NCBI GenBank assembly: GCA_037440465.1 | Contig: JBBIUB010000006.1 | Location: forward strand, 251 to 64,250 | Source of the DNA: Coprothermobacterota bacterium | Lineage (GTDB): Bacteria > Coprothermobacterota > HKB111 | Reading direction: 5' to 3' | Length of the DNA stretch: 64,000 nucleotides | In this document: positions 46,946 to 56,860 of the stretch, one piece after another | Layout of the letters: each line of letters begins with the position of its first letter | How positions within the stretch are numbered: the first letter of the stretch is position 1 | Made by a program: the position numbers and the translations under genes | The notes under the pieces: model-generated | The model's input: only the letters and a program-made list of their open reading frames with translations | The model's database searches: none | What the model was told of the DNA's origin: nothing

Positions 46946-49435
46946 TTGGTAGGCATCTTAATAGTAGCCCATAGTAATGAGCTGGCTGAAGGTGTCTGCG
47001 CAGTTGCCAGCCAGGTGACTGCTGGAAAAAAACTACCCATTGCAGCTGCAGGAGGGTTGGAAGATGGCAGTCTGGGTACAAGTCTTTATAGAATTCAGCA
47101 GGCTCTTGATACAGTGTATAGTGATGATGGTGTCCTGGTTTTAATGGATCTGGGAAGTGCAGTAATGACTACTCAGATGTTGTTAGAGATGCTATCTCCC
47201 GAACAACAGAGCCATATAAGATTGAGCAGTGCTCCTCTGGTGGAAGGTGCCATAGCTGCAGCGGTGATGGCTTCTCAGGGTGGCGACCTGAATCAAGTGC
47301 AACAAGCAGCCGAAACAGCAATGGAATTTCCTAAAATTCCTCAGGAGATACTGTTAGAACCTTCTGAACCTGAACCTTCTAAAACAAAGCCTGATGTTTT
47401 CACCCCACCAAAAGGACCTGTGTTCACAGAAGATTTAGTTGTTCCTAATCCCGTTGGTCTTCACGCCCGACCTGCAGCATTGTTTGTACAGACAGCTTCC
47501 CAATTCTCAGCACGTATTACAGTACAGAATATAACTCAAAACCGTCAATCAGTGGATGCTAAAAGTATGATGCAGGTAGCCAGTCAGGGCACAGCCCGGC
47601 AAGGGGAGACTATCCGAATTGTAACTCATGGTGAAGATGCTGGGGAAGCAATGGCTGCTTTAAGGATTTTAGTAGAAGAAGGCTTTGGTGAAATGGGAAA
47701 ACAACCTTCAATTATCCCCAAACAACTGCAGGGGTTAGGTGTTTCAGAAGGATTTGTAGTTGCCCCTGTTTTTGTCTACCGACGAACAATCCCAAAAGTT
47801 GAGCGATTTGTTGTGGAAAACATTCAGGCTGAGATAGAGCGTTTCCGAAATGCTATAAATGTTGCGAGCCAGGAGGTTAACCAGGTTAAACAGCAGATAT
47901 CTACCAGCGTTGATGAAGAGACAGGTCGTATCTTTGATTTCCATCTCTTGATGTTGCAAGATGGTGAATTGATAAAAGCTATTGAAGATAAAATATCAGG
48001 TGAGAATTTTAATGCTGAAGTAGCAGTCAGTAGCGTCTTTGATGAGTGGGTATATCGTTTTGAGGGATTAGATAGTCCCTTGATGCGTGCTCGGGCTGTT
48101 GATGTTAAAGATGTAAAGAATCGGTTGTTGTATGTTCTTACTGGCGTTAGAGAATTGGATTTATCTTCATTACCCGACTCGGTTATTCTGGTGGCTGATG
48201 ATTTAGTGCCTTCTGAGACTGCCACGATTGATATAATAAAGGTAAGGGGATTTGCCACCTCATCTGGTGGTGCAACTTCACATACAGCGATAATTGCCCG
48301 AATGTTAGGCATACCAGCGGTAGTTGGTTTAGGAGAAGACATTCTAAATATATCAAATGGAACAATGTTAGCATTGGATGGCAAGAAGGGGCAGTTAGAA
48401 ATTGACCCCTCTCCTGAAATGATTAATACCTACCGTGAGCAGCAAAAAACACTAATAGAGATTCAGGAAAAAGCCCTTGAGTATGCTTCAGAACCTGCTG
48501 TAACTCGTGATGGGAAGCGTATCGAAGTGGTGGCGAATATTGGTGATGTGCCATCAGCTCAGGAGGCTATTTTATATGGTGCAGAAGGAGTAGGTTTACT
48601 AAGAACGGAATTCTTATTTCTGGGAAGGACAACCTTGCCAGATGAAGAAGAGCAATTCAAGGCTTATAGCGATATTGTTAGAGTTATAGGTCAGAGACCA
48701 TTGATTGTCCGAACCCTGGATGTAGGTGGAGATAAACAATTACCCTATCTTGATATTGGACCCGAGTTAAACCCTTTTCTGGGAGTAAGAGCTATTCGCC
48801 TTTGCCTGGAAAAACCTGGTATTTTTCAGACTCAATTACGGGCAATTCTACGGGTTAGTGTGGGGCATAACGTAAAAGTGATGTTTCCTATGGTAGCTAC
48901 TCGTGACGAAATCATCCAAGCTAAGGAAGCTATAAACCAAGCAAAACTTGACTTATCTATGGCTAATATTCCTTATGCTGATTTAATTGAAGTGGGTATA
49001 ATGATTGAGACACCAGCAGCAGCTATTAAGGCTGATATCTTAGCACCAGAAGTTGATTTCTTCAGTATTGGTTCCAATGATTTAACCCAGTATACATTGG
49101 CAGTTGACAGGGGAAATAAGAGAGTGGACTACCTTTATAATCCACTGGACCCTTCTGTATTGAAGTTGATACATCTGGTTGTTAAGGCAGGGCACTCTGC
49201 CAGTAAATGGGTTGGGGTGTGTGGTGAAATGGCAGGGCAATATAATGCCATCCCAATTCTATTAGGTTTGGGAGTGGATGAGCTCAGCATGACCCCGAGA
49301 GATATCCCTGTTACAAAACAATTAATTCGCCTACTGGAATTCAAACAGGCGAAAACTCTTTCTGAAAAAGTGTTAACACTTAGAAGTGCTAAAGAAGTAG
49401 AAGATCATGTTAATAAATTTCTTAATAAATTCTAA
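46946..49435 (+). CDS. dhaM: multidomain phosphotransfer protein DhaM: EIIA(Man-type)-HPr-full-length Enzyme I fusion
   Basis: N-terminal ILIVAHSNELAEGV (DhaM EIIA-Man); HPr block VGLHARPAALF; EI phosphohistidine GGATSHTAIIAR plus PEP-utilising TIM barrel; start set at TTG 46946 (RBS GGTGAGG), ORF open from GTG 46928. Confidence 0.8.
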   Translation: MVGILIVAHSNELAEGVCAVASQVTAGKKLPIAAAGGLEDGSLGTSLYRIQQALDTVYSDDGVLVLMDLGSAVMTTQMLLEMLSPEQQSHIRLSSAPLVEGAIAAAVMASQGGDLNQVQQAAETAMEFPKIPQEILLEPSEPEPSKTKPDVFTPPKGPVFTEDLVVPNPVGLHARPAALFVQTASQFSARITVQNITQNRQSVDAKSMMQVASQGTARQGETIRIVTHGEDAGEAMAALRILVEEGFGEMGKQPSIIPKQLQGLGVSEGFVVAPVFVYRRTIPKVERFVVENIQAEIERFRNAINVASQEVNQVKQQISTSVDEETGRIFDFHLLMLQDGELIKAIEDKISGENFNAEVAVSSVFDEWVYRFEGLDSPLMRARAVDVKDVKNRLLYVLTGVRELDLSSLPDSVILVADDLVPSETATIDIIKVRGFATSSGGATSHTAIIARMLGIPAVVGLGEDILNISNGTMLALDGKKGQLEIDPSPEMINTYREQQKTLIEIQEKALEYASEPAVTRDGKRIEVVANIGDVPSAQEAILYGAEGVGLLRTEFLFLGRTTLPDEEEQFKAYSDIVRVIGQRPLIVRTLDVGGDKQLPYLDIGPELNPFLGVRAIRLCLEKPGIFQTQLRAILRVSVGHNVKVMFPMVATRDEIIQAKEAINQAKLDLSMANIPYADLIEVGIMIETPAAAIKADILAPEVDFFSIGSNDLTQYTLAVDRGNKRVDYLYNPLDPSVLKLIHLVVKAGHSASKWVGVCGEMAGQYNAIPILLGLGVDELSMTPRDIPVTKQLIRLLEFKQAKTLSEKVLTLRSAKEVEDHVNKFLNKF

Positions 49436-49465
49436 TTAAATGAAGATAAAAAAGGAGGGATAAAA

Positions 49466-49990
49466 ATGTCATTAAAAGGTAAGAAAATAGCCATACTTAT
49501 AGAGAAAACTTATGAGGATGCGGAAGCAGTATATCCGTATTTCAGATTGATAGAAGAAGGAGCTGATGTATTTCTGGTAGGTCCACATAAAGATACGGTA
49601 TATAATGGCAAGTGGGGATACCCTTTAAAGTCAGACCTTTCCATAGAAGAGATAAAGGCAGAAGATTTTGATGGCGTCATAGTGCCAGGTGGTTATGCTC
49701 CGGATTTACTTAGGCGGTATGATTATGTCTTGAAATTCGTGGCTGATATCTTCAATCAGGGAAAGTTGGTAGCTTCCATTTGTCATGGACCATGGGTACT
49801 TATTTCAGCAAAGATTCTAAAAGATAAGAAAGTTACCTGCACCAAAGCCATTAAAGATGATGTTATTAATGCTGGTGCTATTTATTCCGATGAAGAAGTG
49901 GTGCGTGATGGAAATTTGGTTACATCACGATTTCCGTTAGACCTTCCAGCTTTTATGAAAACAATTATTGAGGTGCTTGAAGTTCAGTAG
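49466..49990 (+). CDS. DJ-1/PfpI-family protein (intracellular protease / glyoxalase III-like)
   Basis: 174 aa; SICHGPWVL nucleophile-elbow motif. Confidence 0.8.
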   Translation: MSLKGKKIAILIEKTYEDAEAVYPYFRLIEEGADVFLVGPHKDTVYNGKWGYPLKSDLSIEEIKAEDFDGVIVPGGYAPDLLRRYDYVLKFVADIFNQGKLVASICHGPWVLISAKILKDKKVTCTKAIKDDVINAGAIYSDEEVVRDGNLVTSRFPLDLPAFMKTIIEVLEVQ

Positions 49991-50140
49991 TCAGAAGTCA
50001 GCCTTCCACCTCTAACACACCCCCTTTATCCCCAAACTTCCCTCTAATAAGCATCCTCTGACTCTTGATAATTACTGCAACCTTTTAAGAAAAATCCCCG
50101 TATATTAATTAGAATGTAAAATTTATTTGGAGGATGCAGA

Positions 50141-50632
50141 ATGGAAAAACGGCTTTACCGAAGTAGAAAAGAAAGACTCCTTTTAGGAGTATGCGGAGGA
50201 ATTGCAGAGTATCTCGCCCTAGACCCCACCCTGGTTCGTCTGGTTTTTATTCTCCTTATCTTTGCTACAGGACCACTCTTACCAATTTTTTATCTGGTGG
50301 CAGCTTTAATCATACCTGAGGTACCCTTAGTAGAGAAGGTGGTAGTTAAAAAAGATGTGGGTTTAGAAGAAAAATTGGAAAATGTAGTTGAAGATTTAGT
50401 AAGTGGAATAACAGGAGAAGAAACAGATAAGAAAGAGGAAACAGACCGAAAACCCCTTTTACCAACTAAAAGTAGAAGAAGCCGAACTCAGGAACTCTGG
50501 GGATGGATTCTCCTGGGTTTGGGTGTTACATTTTTTCTTTCTAACCTTGGTTGGAACTTTTTTCCAGCGAGGATTTTTGTCCCTGCATTTTTAGTGTTTT
50601 TGGGGATTCTACTTTTATTCAGGTGGAAATAG
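50141..50632 (+). CDS. PspC-domain membrane protein
   Basis: LLLGVCGGIAEYLALDPTLVRLVFIL PspC signature. Confidence 0.7.
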   Translation: MEKRLYRSRKERLLLGVCGGIAEYLALDPTLVRLVFILLIFATGPLLPIFYLVAALIIPEVPLVEKVVVKKDVGLEEKLENVVEDLVSGITGEETDKKEETDRKPLLPTKSRRSRTQELWGWILLGLGVTFFLSNLGWNFFPARIFVPAFLVFLGILLLFRWK

Positions 50633-50641
50633 GAGGTAAAT

Positions 50642-51544
50642 ATGAAAAGAATACCATGGTTGGCAATATTTTTAATTATAGTAGGTGTACTTCTCCTGCT
50701 TTCTGAGTTTGGATATATAGAATTTCGCTGGCAAGACCTGCTTCGTTTTTGGCCCTTTATTCTGATTTTCTGGGGACTGGACCTTTTAGTGGGAGAAAAA
50801 AGCTGGGCAGGTTGGGTAGCTTTGCTGCTTTTAGTCGCTATTTTGGGAGCAATATTCTTTGGAGCAATATTCTTTATTTCTCCAGTTGCTGAACGGTTTG
50901 GCATAAGATCGTTTGGATTGTGGAGTAGTCAAGGTAAATATTATGAAGAATGGAAGTTACCATATGACCCGGATGTTAAGAACCTGGAACTTTCTTTAAA
51001 AACAGGAGTCAGAAATGTAATGATTAAAAATCTTGTTGCTGGTGACGAGTTAGTTATTATTTCTTCTCCTTCCAGAATCAGGATAAAAGAAGAGAGAAAG
51101 AAAATAGGAGACATTCTAAAACTCAATCTCGGTATGGAGGAGAATTCTATTTTCTTCTGGAGGGAAGCTGGAGACCTTGATCTCTATTTATCTTCTGAAC
51201 CTACCCTAAAACTATTCCTGGAAGCAGGAGTAGGTAATAACGAGTTAGATTTGAGAAAACTGAAGGTAAGATATCTGGATATTAAGGGTGGAGTCGGAAA
51301 TATCTCTGCTAATCTGCCTTCTGTGAGCATGCAAGCCGATATTAAAGGAGGGATTGGGAAGATTACCATCTATATTCCAGAAGGTGTTTTACTTGATCTT
51401 GATGGAGAAGTAGGTATAGGCAAGATTAATGTAGATCAGGAAATTGGTCGCTGGAAAGGCGAAGATAACGGCAAAATAATAAAGCTAAAAGTATCCACTG
51501 GAATTGGAGATATCTCCATCAAGGCGGTTAGAGACACGATTTAG
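50642..51544 (+). CDS. LiaF/LiaG-like (DUF4097/DUF2154) cell-envelope stress protein
   Basis: N-terminal TM helices; C-terminal repetitive beta-strand region (KGGVGNISANL...KGGIGKITIYIP...GEVGIGKINVD). Confidence 0.55.
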   Translation: MKRIPWLAIFLIIVGVLLLLSEFGYIEFRWQDLLRFWPFILIFWGLDLLVGEKSWAGWVALLLLVAILGAIFFGAIFFISPVAERFGIRSFGLWSSQGKYYEEWKLPYDPDVKNLELSLKTGVRNVMIKNLVAGDELVIISSPSRIRIKEERKKIGDILKLNLGMEENSIFFWREAGDLDLYLSSEPTLKLFLEAGVGNNELDLRKLKVRYLDIKGGVGNISANLPSVSMQADIKGGIGKITIYIPEGVLLDLDGEVGIGKINVDQEIGRWKGEDNGKIIKLKVSTGIGDISIKAVRDTI

Positions 51545-51979
51545 TTCACTATATATACTCAAGATGACAAGGAGGATTACTCCACCGACGTGGAAGGGAT
51601 AGGATATCTGAGTCCATATAGTTTTAAGACCATGGAAAATCAGGGGAAGGGCAACCTTCTCTTGATTATTTATAAAGGTCATTCCGAGAAGATAGATTAT
51701 GAAGTAGGTTGAAAGGATGCTTCCAGTCAATGAGAGGACGACTACTAAAGCGGTTTTCCTGCGGCTTTCCTGCTGAATCCTCTCGTATACCAGAGTTGAT
51801 ACCCTTTGCCATCCTTTTTTTATTTCTACAGGAAGGTAAGGCTTTAAGAGAAAACTCTCAATATTCAGCCACTCTTCCCATCTCTTATAGCAAACTGAAC
51901 ATACTTTTAGATGCTGATAGAAGTCTTCTTCTACTTCCGGATAAAGGCATACCTTCTCTAAAAAATCTTTACACTCCAA
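51485..51979 (-). CDS. zinc-binding (ZAS-type) anti-sigma factor, membrane-spanning
   Basis: HLKVCSVC Hx3Cx2C motif; TM segments; directly downstream of an ECF sigma gene. Confidence 0.65.
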   Translation of the reverse strand: MECKDFLEKVCLYPEVEEDFYQHLKVCSVCYKRWEEWLNIESFLLKPYLPVEIKKGWQRVSTLVYERIQQESRRKTALVVVLSLTGSILSTYFIIYLLGMTFINNQEKVALPLIFHGLKTIWTQISYPFHVGGVILLVILSIYSELNRVSNRLDGDISNSSGYF

Positions 51980-52435
51980 TTAATTATCTCCTTTAAGGAA
52001 ATTATATATCTTCTTCTTTGCTCTGTGTAGATGACTTTTTACTGTATTTAAAGGTATATTTAATCTGTCGGCTATCTCCTGGCAGGAGTATTTTTCCTGA
52101 TAGTAAAGAAGAAGAATACCCTTTTCTTGTGAATTCGGTATATTCCATATCTCGTTATAATCATCTTCATCAACAGGATTTGCTGCTATCCTTTCTTCTA
52201 AAAGAGGGAAGCTTGAATAATGAGCCTTTTCTCTAAAATAGTCCATCGCCAGGCTGTGAGCAATCCTGTAAATATAGGATTTAGCCTTTTCCTCTTCTAT
52301 TGTGTAGCGCATAGCTTTGAGAAAAGTTTCCTGAAGAAGATCTCTGGCTGCTTCTTCATCATCCACCAACCTTCTAAGGTATCTATATATTTCTTCTCCA
52401 TAATCTTTAAAGTATTGGGATACATCTCCCATGCC
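51980..52435 (-). CDS. ECF-type RNA polymerase sigma factor (start set at the internal ATG; the track ORF begins with TTG at 52540)
   Basis: Region 2 (ARDLLQETFLKAMRY) and region 4 HTH (EIADRLNIPLNTVKSHLHRAKKKI); the longer TTG-initiated version would translate a tandem repeat. Confidence 0.7.
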   Translation of the reverse strand, partial: GMGDVSQYFKDYGEEIYRYLRRLVDDEEAARDLLQETFLKAMRYTIEEEKAKSYIYRIAHSLAMDYFREKAHYSSFPLLEERIAANPVDEDDYNEIWNIPNSQEKGILLLYYQEKYSCQEIADRLNIPLNTVKSHLHRAKKKIYNFLKGDN

Positions 52436-52525
52436 TTTATTATACTTACGTATAGGTACCCTGCAAAGTTGCAGTAGGTTCTGGAAAATTCGAGCGGTGT
52501 GGAAAAGTTGGTATAATTGAAAGTT

Positions 52526-52560
52526 GATTCGAGGATTCAAGGATTCAAGGAGTCAAGGGA
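52526..52560. repeat. tandem 8-9-bp repeats (GATTCGAGG-ATTCAAGG-ATTCAAGG-AGTCAAGG) in the sigma/thiC divergent promoter region
   Basis: Four consecutive near-identical units read directly from the sequence. Confidence 0.5.
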
Positions 52561-52698
52561 CATAGCAACTAAATTGTAGAAGAACCATATCAGACACCGA
52601 AGAGAAGTATATAGAGGTTTGTAGAGCCTCGATTGTAATTTGTACCACACCTATGTGTAAACTATTATTTATAGATATTAAAAGGAAGGTTTTTTAGA

Positions 52699-53970
52699 AT
52701 GTTAATAGAACACAAAACGCAATTGGAAGAAGCCCGAGAAGGGAATATAACCAAAGAGGTGGAATATATCGCCCATCAGGAAGGGCTGGATACAGGTTTG
52801 CTTAAAAAGAGGGTTTCTGATGGTCTCGTGGTTATCCTTACCAACAAGAATCATGAGGGCCTAAGACCAGTAGGTGTGGGTTTTGGTTTGAGAACTAAGA
52901 TCAATGCTAATATCGGAACTTCTCCGGCTAAGTCAAGTTTAAGAACAGAATTAAGAAAATTGAAAGTCTCCCTTGAAGCAGGTGCAGATACTCTTATGGA
53001 CTTGAGCACAGGTGGTAACTTAGACAGGATAAGAAGAAGAATTGTTAAAAACTGTTTTGTACCTCTCGGTACTGTCCCACTTTACCAGACAGCTATAGAA
53101 GCTGGAAGAATAGAAGATATGAATATAGACCTTTATCTTAAGGTCTTTGAAAAACAAGCGAAAGACGGTATTGATTTTGCCACTATCCATGCAGGGGTAA
53201 CCCAAAAGGTTTTCCCACTTCTTGAAAAAAGAGTAATGAGATGTGTCAGCCGTGGCGGTTCTTTCCTGTTAAACTGGATGAAGCACCACGGAAAAGAAAA
53301 CTTCCTTTATGAATACTTTGATGACATATTTAAGGTTGCCAAAAAATACGATGTTACTCTAAGTTTAGGAGATGGGCTTCGCCCGGGTTGTCTCGCTGAC
53401 GCCACCGATGAAGCTCAGATTCAGGAACTGAAGATTTTAGGAGAACTTGCCAGGAGAGCTAGAGAAAAAGGGGTTCAGGTGATGATTGAAGGTCCCGGGC
53501 ACATTCCTTTAAATGATATTGAAAAGAATGTCATACTAGAAAAAGAATACTGTGATAATGCTCCATTTTACGTTCTTGGTCCTCTCCCAACTGACATAAC
53601 TGCGGGTTATGACCATATTACCTGCGCTATCGGTGGTGCCTTAGCTGCCTGGAAAGGTGCCGATTTCATATGCTATGTAACACCAAAAGAGCATGTAGGG
53701 TTACCTGACATTAAAGATGTGAGGGAGGGAGTGGTAGCTGCGAGGATTGCTGCTCATATCGCAGATATTGCTAAGGGTAATAACAAAGCAATCTTGCAGG
53801 ATTATGAAATGGCAAAAGCCAGAGCAAGGGTGGATTGGGATGATATGCAAAAGTTTGCTTTAGACCCTATTAGGTTTGCCCAATTGAGGGCTGAGGAGTG
53901 CAGGAAAAAACCACAGTTAAGGAAGGAAAAGTATTGCTCTATGTGTGGCCCCTTCTGTGTTTTTAAATAG
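52699..53970 (+). CDS. thiC: phosphomethylpyrimidine synthase ThiC-family radical SAM enzyme (short form; BzaF/HBI-synthase paralog not excluded)
   Basis: 423 aa; conserved core and C-terminal CSMCGPFC Fe-S motif. Confidence 0.75.
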   Translation: MLIEHKTQLEEAREGNITKEVEYIAHQEGLDTGLLKKRVSDGLVVILTNKNHEGLRPVGVGFGLRTKINANIGTSPAKSSLRTELRKLKVSLEAGADTLMDLSTGGNLDRIRRRIVKNCFVPLGTVPLYQTAIEAGRIEDMNIDLYLKVFEKQAKDGIDFATIHAGVTQKVFPLLEKRVMRCVSRGGSFLLNWMKHHGKENFLYEYFDDIFKVAKKYDVTLSLGDGLRPGCLADATDEAQIQELKILGELARRAREKGVQVMIEGPGHIPLNDIEKNVILEKEYCDNAPFYVLGPLPTDITAGYDHITCAIGGALAAWKGADFICYVTPKEHVGLPDIKDVREGVVAARIAAHIADIAKGNNKAILQDYEMAKARARVDWDDMQKFALDPIRFAQLRAEECRKKPQLRKEKYCSMCGPFCVFK

Positions 53971-54053
53971 CAGGGTTAGGGAGTAAATTTATCCCCCTCA
54001 CCCTACCCTCTCCTTTCATCTTCCTATTCTGGAAGGCGGGATTAAGAGGGGTT

Positions 54054-55028
54054 TCATAACTTCTCTCCACACTCTCTACAACTGGGCAGGAATTTGTTGG
54101 TGAGTTTTTTACATTTAGGACATTCTTTTAATTGTTCAGAGCCACACCATGAACAATAATTACCAGGGTCAGGAAAACCACAAACAGTACACACTCTTCT
54201 CCACAAACGACGATTCCTGACAGCCTTTGAAGAAAAGAACTTATTCTTTAGATAGACAATTCCTGTTATTGAAATTACTGTTCCACCAACAGAAACAATT
54301 CCTTCAACAGGAATAATATAACGAAGATATGGATAAGCAATACGGAAAGATACAATCAGAGCCTGTAAAGCACCAAAACCTAAAAAACTCATGCCTATTA
54401 CAGAATATCGGGATAGACCAGTTCTTGTGCGAAAAAAGTTATAAACTAAAAACGATAAAGCAAAACCCACTAAAGCATAAATTAGAAGTGAAACGCCTGC
54501 TTTAAAATTTCGAGATCTTGTTTGGCGATTATATTCTTCTTGAAATCTTTTCTCATAATCACGATAGGTCGTTTCTTTAAAATTTAATATTTCTGTTTGA
54601 AAGGTTTTTAAGGTAGTTTCAGCAGTGTCTCTGTTTTTTTGAGACAGTTCATAATCGTCTCTTGATTTCTCCCAAAATGCTTTCTTAATTGGGTCATCTA
54701 TTCCTTTATCAAGAATAGTACGGTATTCTTCTCGGGCTTTTTCATAATCCAACCGCTTATTTTCTTCGATATTTTTTAACCGTTGAATTTCCATCAATAA
54801 TTCATTAGATCTTGTTTGCAGTTGAAAATATTCATTCTCAAAACCTGCTGGGAAAAATTGTTGGCGTATTAAATTGTAGTCAGGTTGCACAAAAAAGTTG
54901 TTGATTGACTCAGCAATACGGAGTCCACCAATTAATAAAAAGACCGCTAAAGCAATGGCTAAGATCTTTTCTGCTGTGGTAGTATCTTGTTCTGGTTTTT
55001 CATCTTTGCTTAAATACCTTTCACTCAT
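54054..55028 (-). CDS. membrane protein with coiled-coil region and C-terminal zinc ribbon (hypothetical)
   Basis: TM segments, long E/K/R-rich helical segment, C-terminal CxxC...CxxC...CPKC...CREC. Confidence 0.45.
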   Translation of the reverse strand: MSERYLSKDEKPEQDTTTAEKILAIALAVFLLIGGLRIAESINNFFVQPDYNLIRQQFFPAGFENEYFQLQTRSNELLMEIQRLKNIEENKRLDYEKAREEYRTILDKGIDDPIKKAFWEKSRDDYELSQKNRDTAETTLKTFQTEILNFKETTYRDYEKRFQEEYNRQTRSRNFKAGVSLLIYALVGFALSFLVYNFFRTRTGLSRYSVIGMSFLGFGALQALIVSFRIAYPYLRYIIPVEGIVSVGGTVISITGIVYLKNKFFSSKAVRNRRLWRRVCTVCGFPDPGNYCSWCGSEQLKECPKCKKLTNKFLPSCRECGEKL

Positions 55029-55086
55029 AATTCATAAACCTCCTGCAATATTTTGATAGAAAAATATAGGGTTATCATTTTACTAT

Positions 55087-55998
55087 TTAAAGCTTATCAC
55101 TTATTACAGCTTTTTCATCACCCCTAAAGGTATTGCTTAAATTAGATACAGCAATCGCTGAGATTATTAAAATTGCTCCTAACACAGCCAGTGTAGAAGG
55201 TACCTCTCTAAAAAGGAGTATCCCCAGAATAGTTGCTCCCACTGGTTCTCCGAGAATTACCAGGGCTATGAAAGTAGGCGAGAAGTATTTTAACGCCCAG
55301 TTAAAGGAAGTATGGCCAATAATATGGGGTATGAGGGCAAAGAGGAAAAAGATGAGATATTCCCTGGAATTGAAACCTAATAGTTCTGTTCGGGTTATTA
55401 TAGAAAAGAAAAGTAGAAAAATAAAAGTAAGAAAGTAAATCGGAAAAATAAAAGACAGAAGTGAATATCTTTCTCTCATTACAGAAGTAGATATGAAATA
55501 AAGAGAAGCAAAAACTGCCCCCAGAAGGGCAAGGGTATTCCCGAGTAAGGGCATTGAGCCTTTTAAGCTTTCCAGGGAAGAAGGTGAAGCGAGATAAAGA
55601 ACCAAAGACCCCATAAGAGCTAATAAGATTCCTCCCACAGTATATTTGGTAGGAATCGTTTTGAAGAAAAGATACAAAAATATAGCTACAAATATTGGGT
55701 TCAAAGTCACCAACACCGTGGAGTTCATAATAGAAGTGTACCTAAGAGAGGTGATCCAAACAAAGAAGTGTAGAGCAAGAAAGAGGGAGGTGAAAAGGAA
55801 TAGCCTCAGGTCTTTTTTCTTGTAATCTTTGAATGAGCGGTTGGCCAAAAAGAATGGTAAAACCAAAAAGGCACTGATTCCCAGTCTGTAAGTTGCAAGA
55901 GTAAGAGGCGGGGCTTCTGAAAACCTGATAAGGATGGCAGAAAAAGATACTGCCACAATTCCTGCAAGGATTACAAGGTATTTCACAGATTTCTTCAT
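55087..55998 (-). CDS. EamA/DMT-superfamily transporter
   Basis: 303 aa, 10 TM, duplicated EamA halves. Confidence 0.7.
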   Translation of the reverse strand: MKKSVKYLVILAGIVAVSFSAILIRFSEAPPLTLATYRLGISAFLVLPFFLANRSFKDYKKKDLRLFLFTSLFLALHFFVWITSLRYTSIMNSTVLVTLNPIFVAIFLYLFFKTIPTKYTVGGILLALMGSLVLYLASPSSLESLKGSMPLLGNTLALLGAVFASLYFISTSVMRERYSLLSFIFPIYFLTFIFLLFFSIITRTELLGFNSREYLIFFLFALIPHIIGHTSFNWALKYFSPTFIALVILGEPVGATILGILLFREVPSTLAVLGAILIISAIAVSNLSNTFRGDEKAVISDKL

Positions 55999-56047
55999 GA
56001 ACTACCCTGAAACGTTGAAGGAGTCACTCTTTAAAAAAGGGGGAGGT

Positions 56048-56860
56048 TTAAACCACACTTATGTCTTTTTTTCTGAAAACCACCAACGACCCCACGAATA
56101 GAAAAAGTATACAAAAAACAAATACACTTGTGTGGATCCAGTTGACCTTACCGTTAAGTAGATACTCATGGGGTTTATAATAATTGAAGATGGAAAGGGG
56201 ACGAAAATTTTCTATGTTTTTACTAAAATCGGAAAAGGCATTAAGAAGGTGAGAAGCTACAAAGAAAGTTAAGGAGATAATAACAGCCTTACCTCTGTCT
56301 TTGAGAATAAGGGATAGAAAAAGAGTGAAGGTAAACATTATAAGAAAGAAGAGGAACCCAGCAAATCCAGTAACCATGAGCCCGGCTGTACTCAACCTTA
56401 CATCATAAATCCGTCCAAAAAAGGCTAAAGACCCCATTGTTAAGCAAGAGAGGGATGCTAAATATATAGCATTTACCACAAATCGGGTAATGATAATCTC
56501 ACTTCTTTTAAGAGGTTGGGCAAGGAGGGTCTCCAAAGTACCTTCTTCCATCTCTTTTACTGCCACACCTATAGCAGAACTCATGGCATAACCCCCTACT
56601 ATTATTAACCACCAGATAGCCAAATATTGCATAGAGATGAATCCTTCAACTGTGGCAATGATGTCGAAAGACATGCCTCCACCTGCTAAAAGGCTTAGAA
56701 ACTCCTGGGGGAAGCGCTCAAATAGATGCATCATGTCTTTTATGGGATAGATGGGTATGATGTACATTACTAACCAGCTATACAGGAGAAGTCCCAAAGC
56801 GAAGATTAAAGTTGCTGTCAGTTTATCCTTTAAGGTTCTCTTAAAGAGATTTAGATTCAT
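56048..56860 (-). CDS. ABC-2-family transporter permease
   Basis: 6 TM; start set at internal ATG (MNLNLFKRTL), giving a 20-nt overlap with the upstream ATPase gene. Confidence 0.6.
   Translation of the reverse strand: MNLNLFKRTLKDKLTATLIFALGLLLYSWLVMYIIPIYPIKDMMHLFERFPQEFLSLLAGGGMSFDIIATVEGFISMQYLAIWWLIIVGGYAMSSAIGVAVKEMEEGTLETLLAQPLKRSEIIITRFVVNAIYLASLSCLTMGSLAFFGRIYDVRLSTAGLMVTGFAGFLFFLIMFTFTLFLSLILKDRGKAVIISLTFFVASHLLNAFSDFSKNIENFRPLSIFNYYKPHEYLLNGKVNWIHTSVFVFCILFLFVGSLVVFRKKDISVV

Noticed and set aside
52526-52560. CRISPR-like array or mini-satellite
   Set aside because: Only four 8-9-bp units without spacers; far too short for CRISPR.
52541-52698. TPP riboswitch upstream of thiC
   Set aside because: I looked for the conserved CUGAGA and ACCUGAUCUGGAUAAUGCCAGCG elements and found none; reported instead as an absence worth checking with cmsearch.
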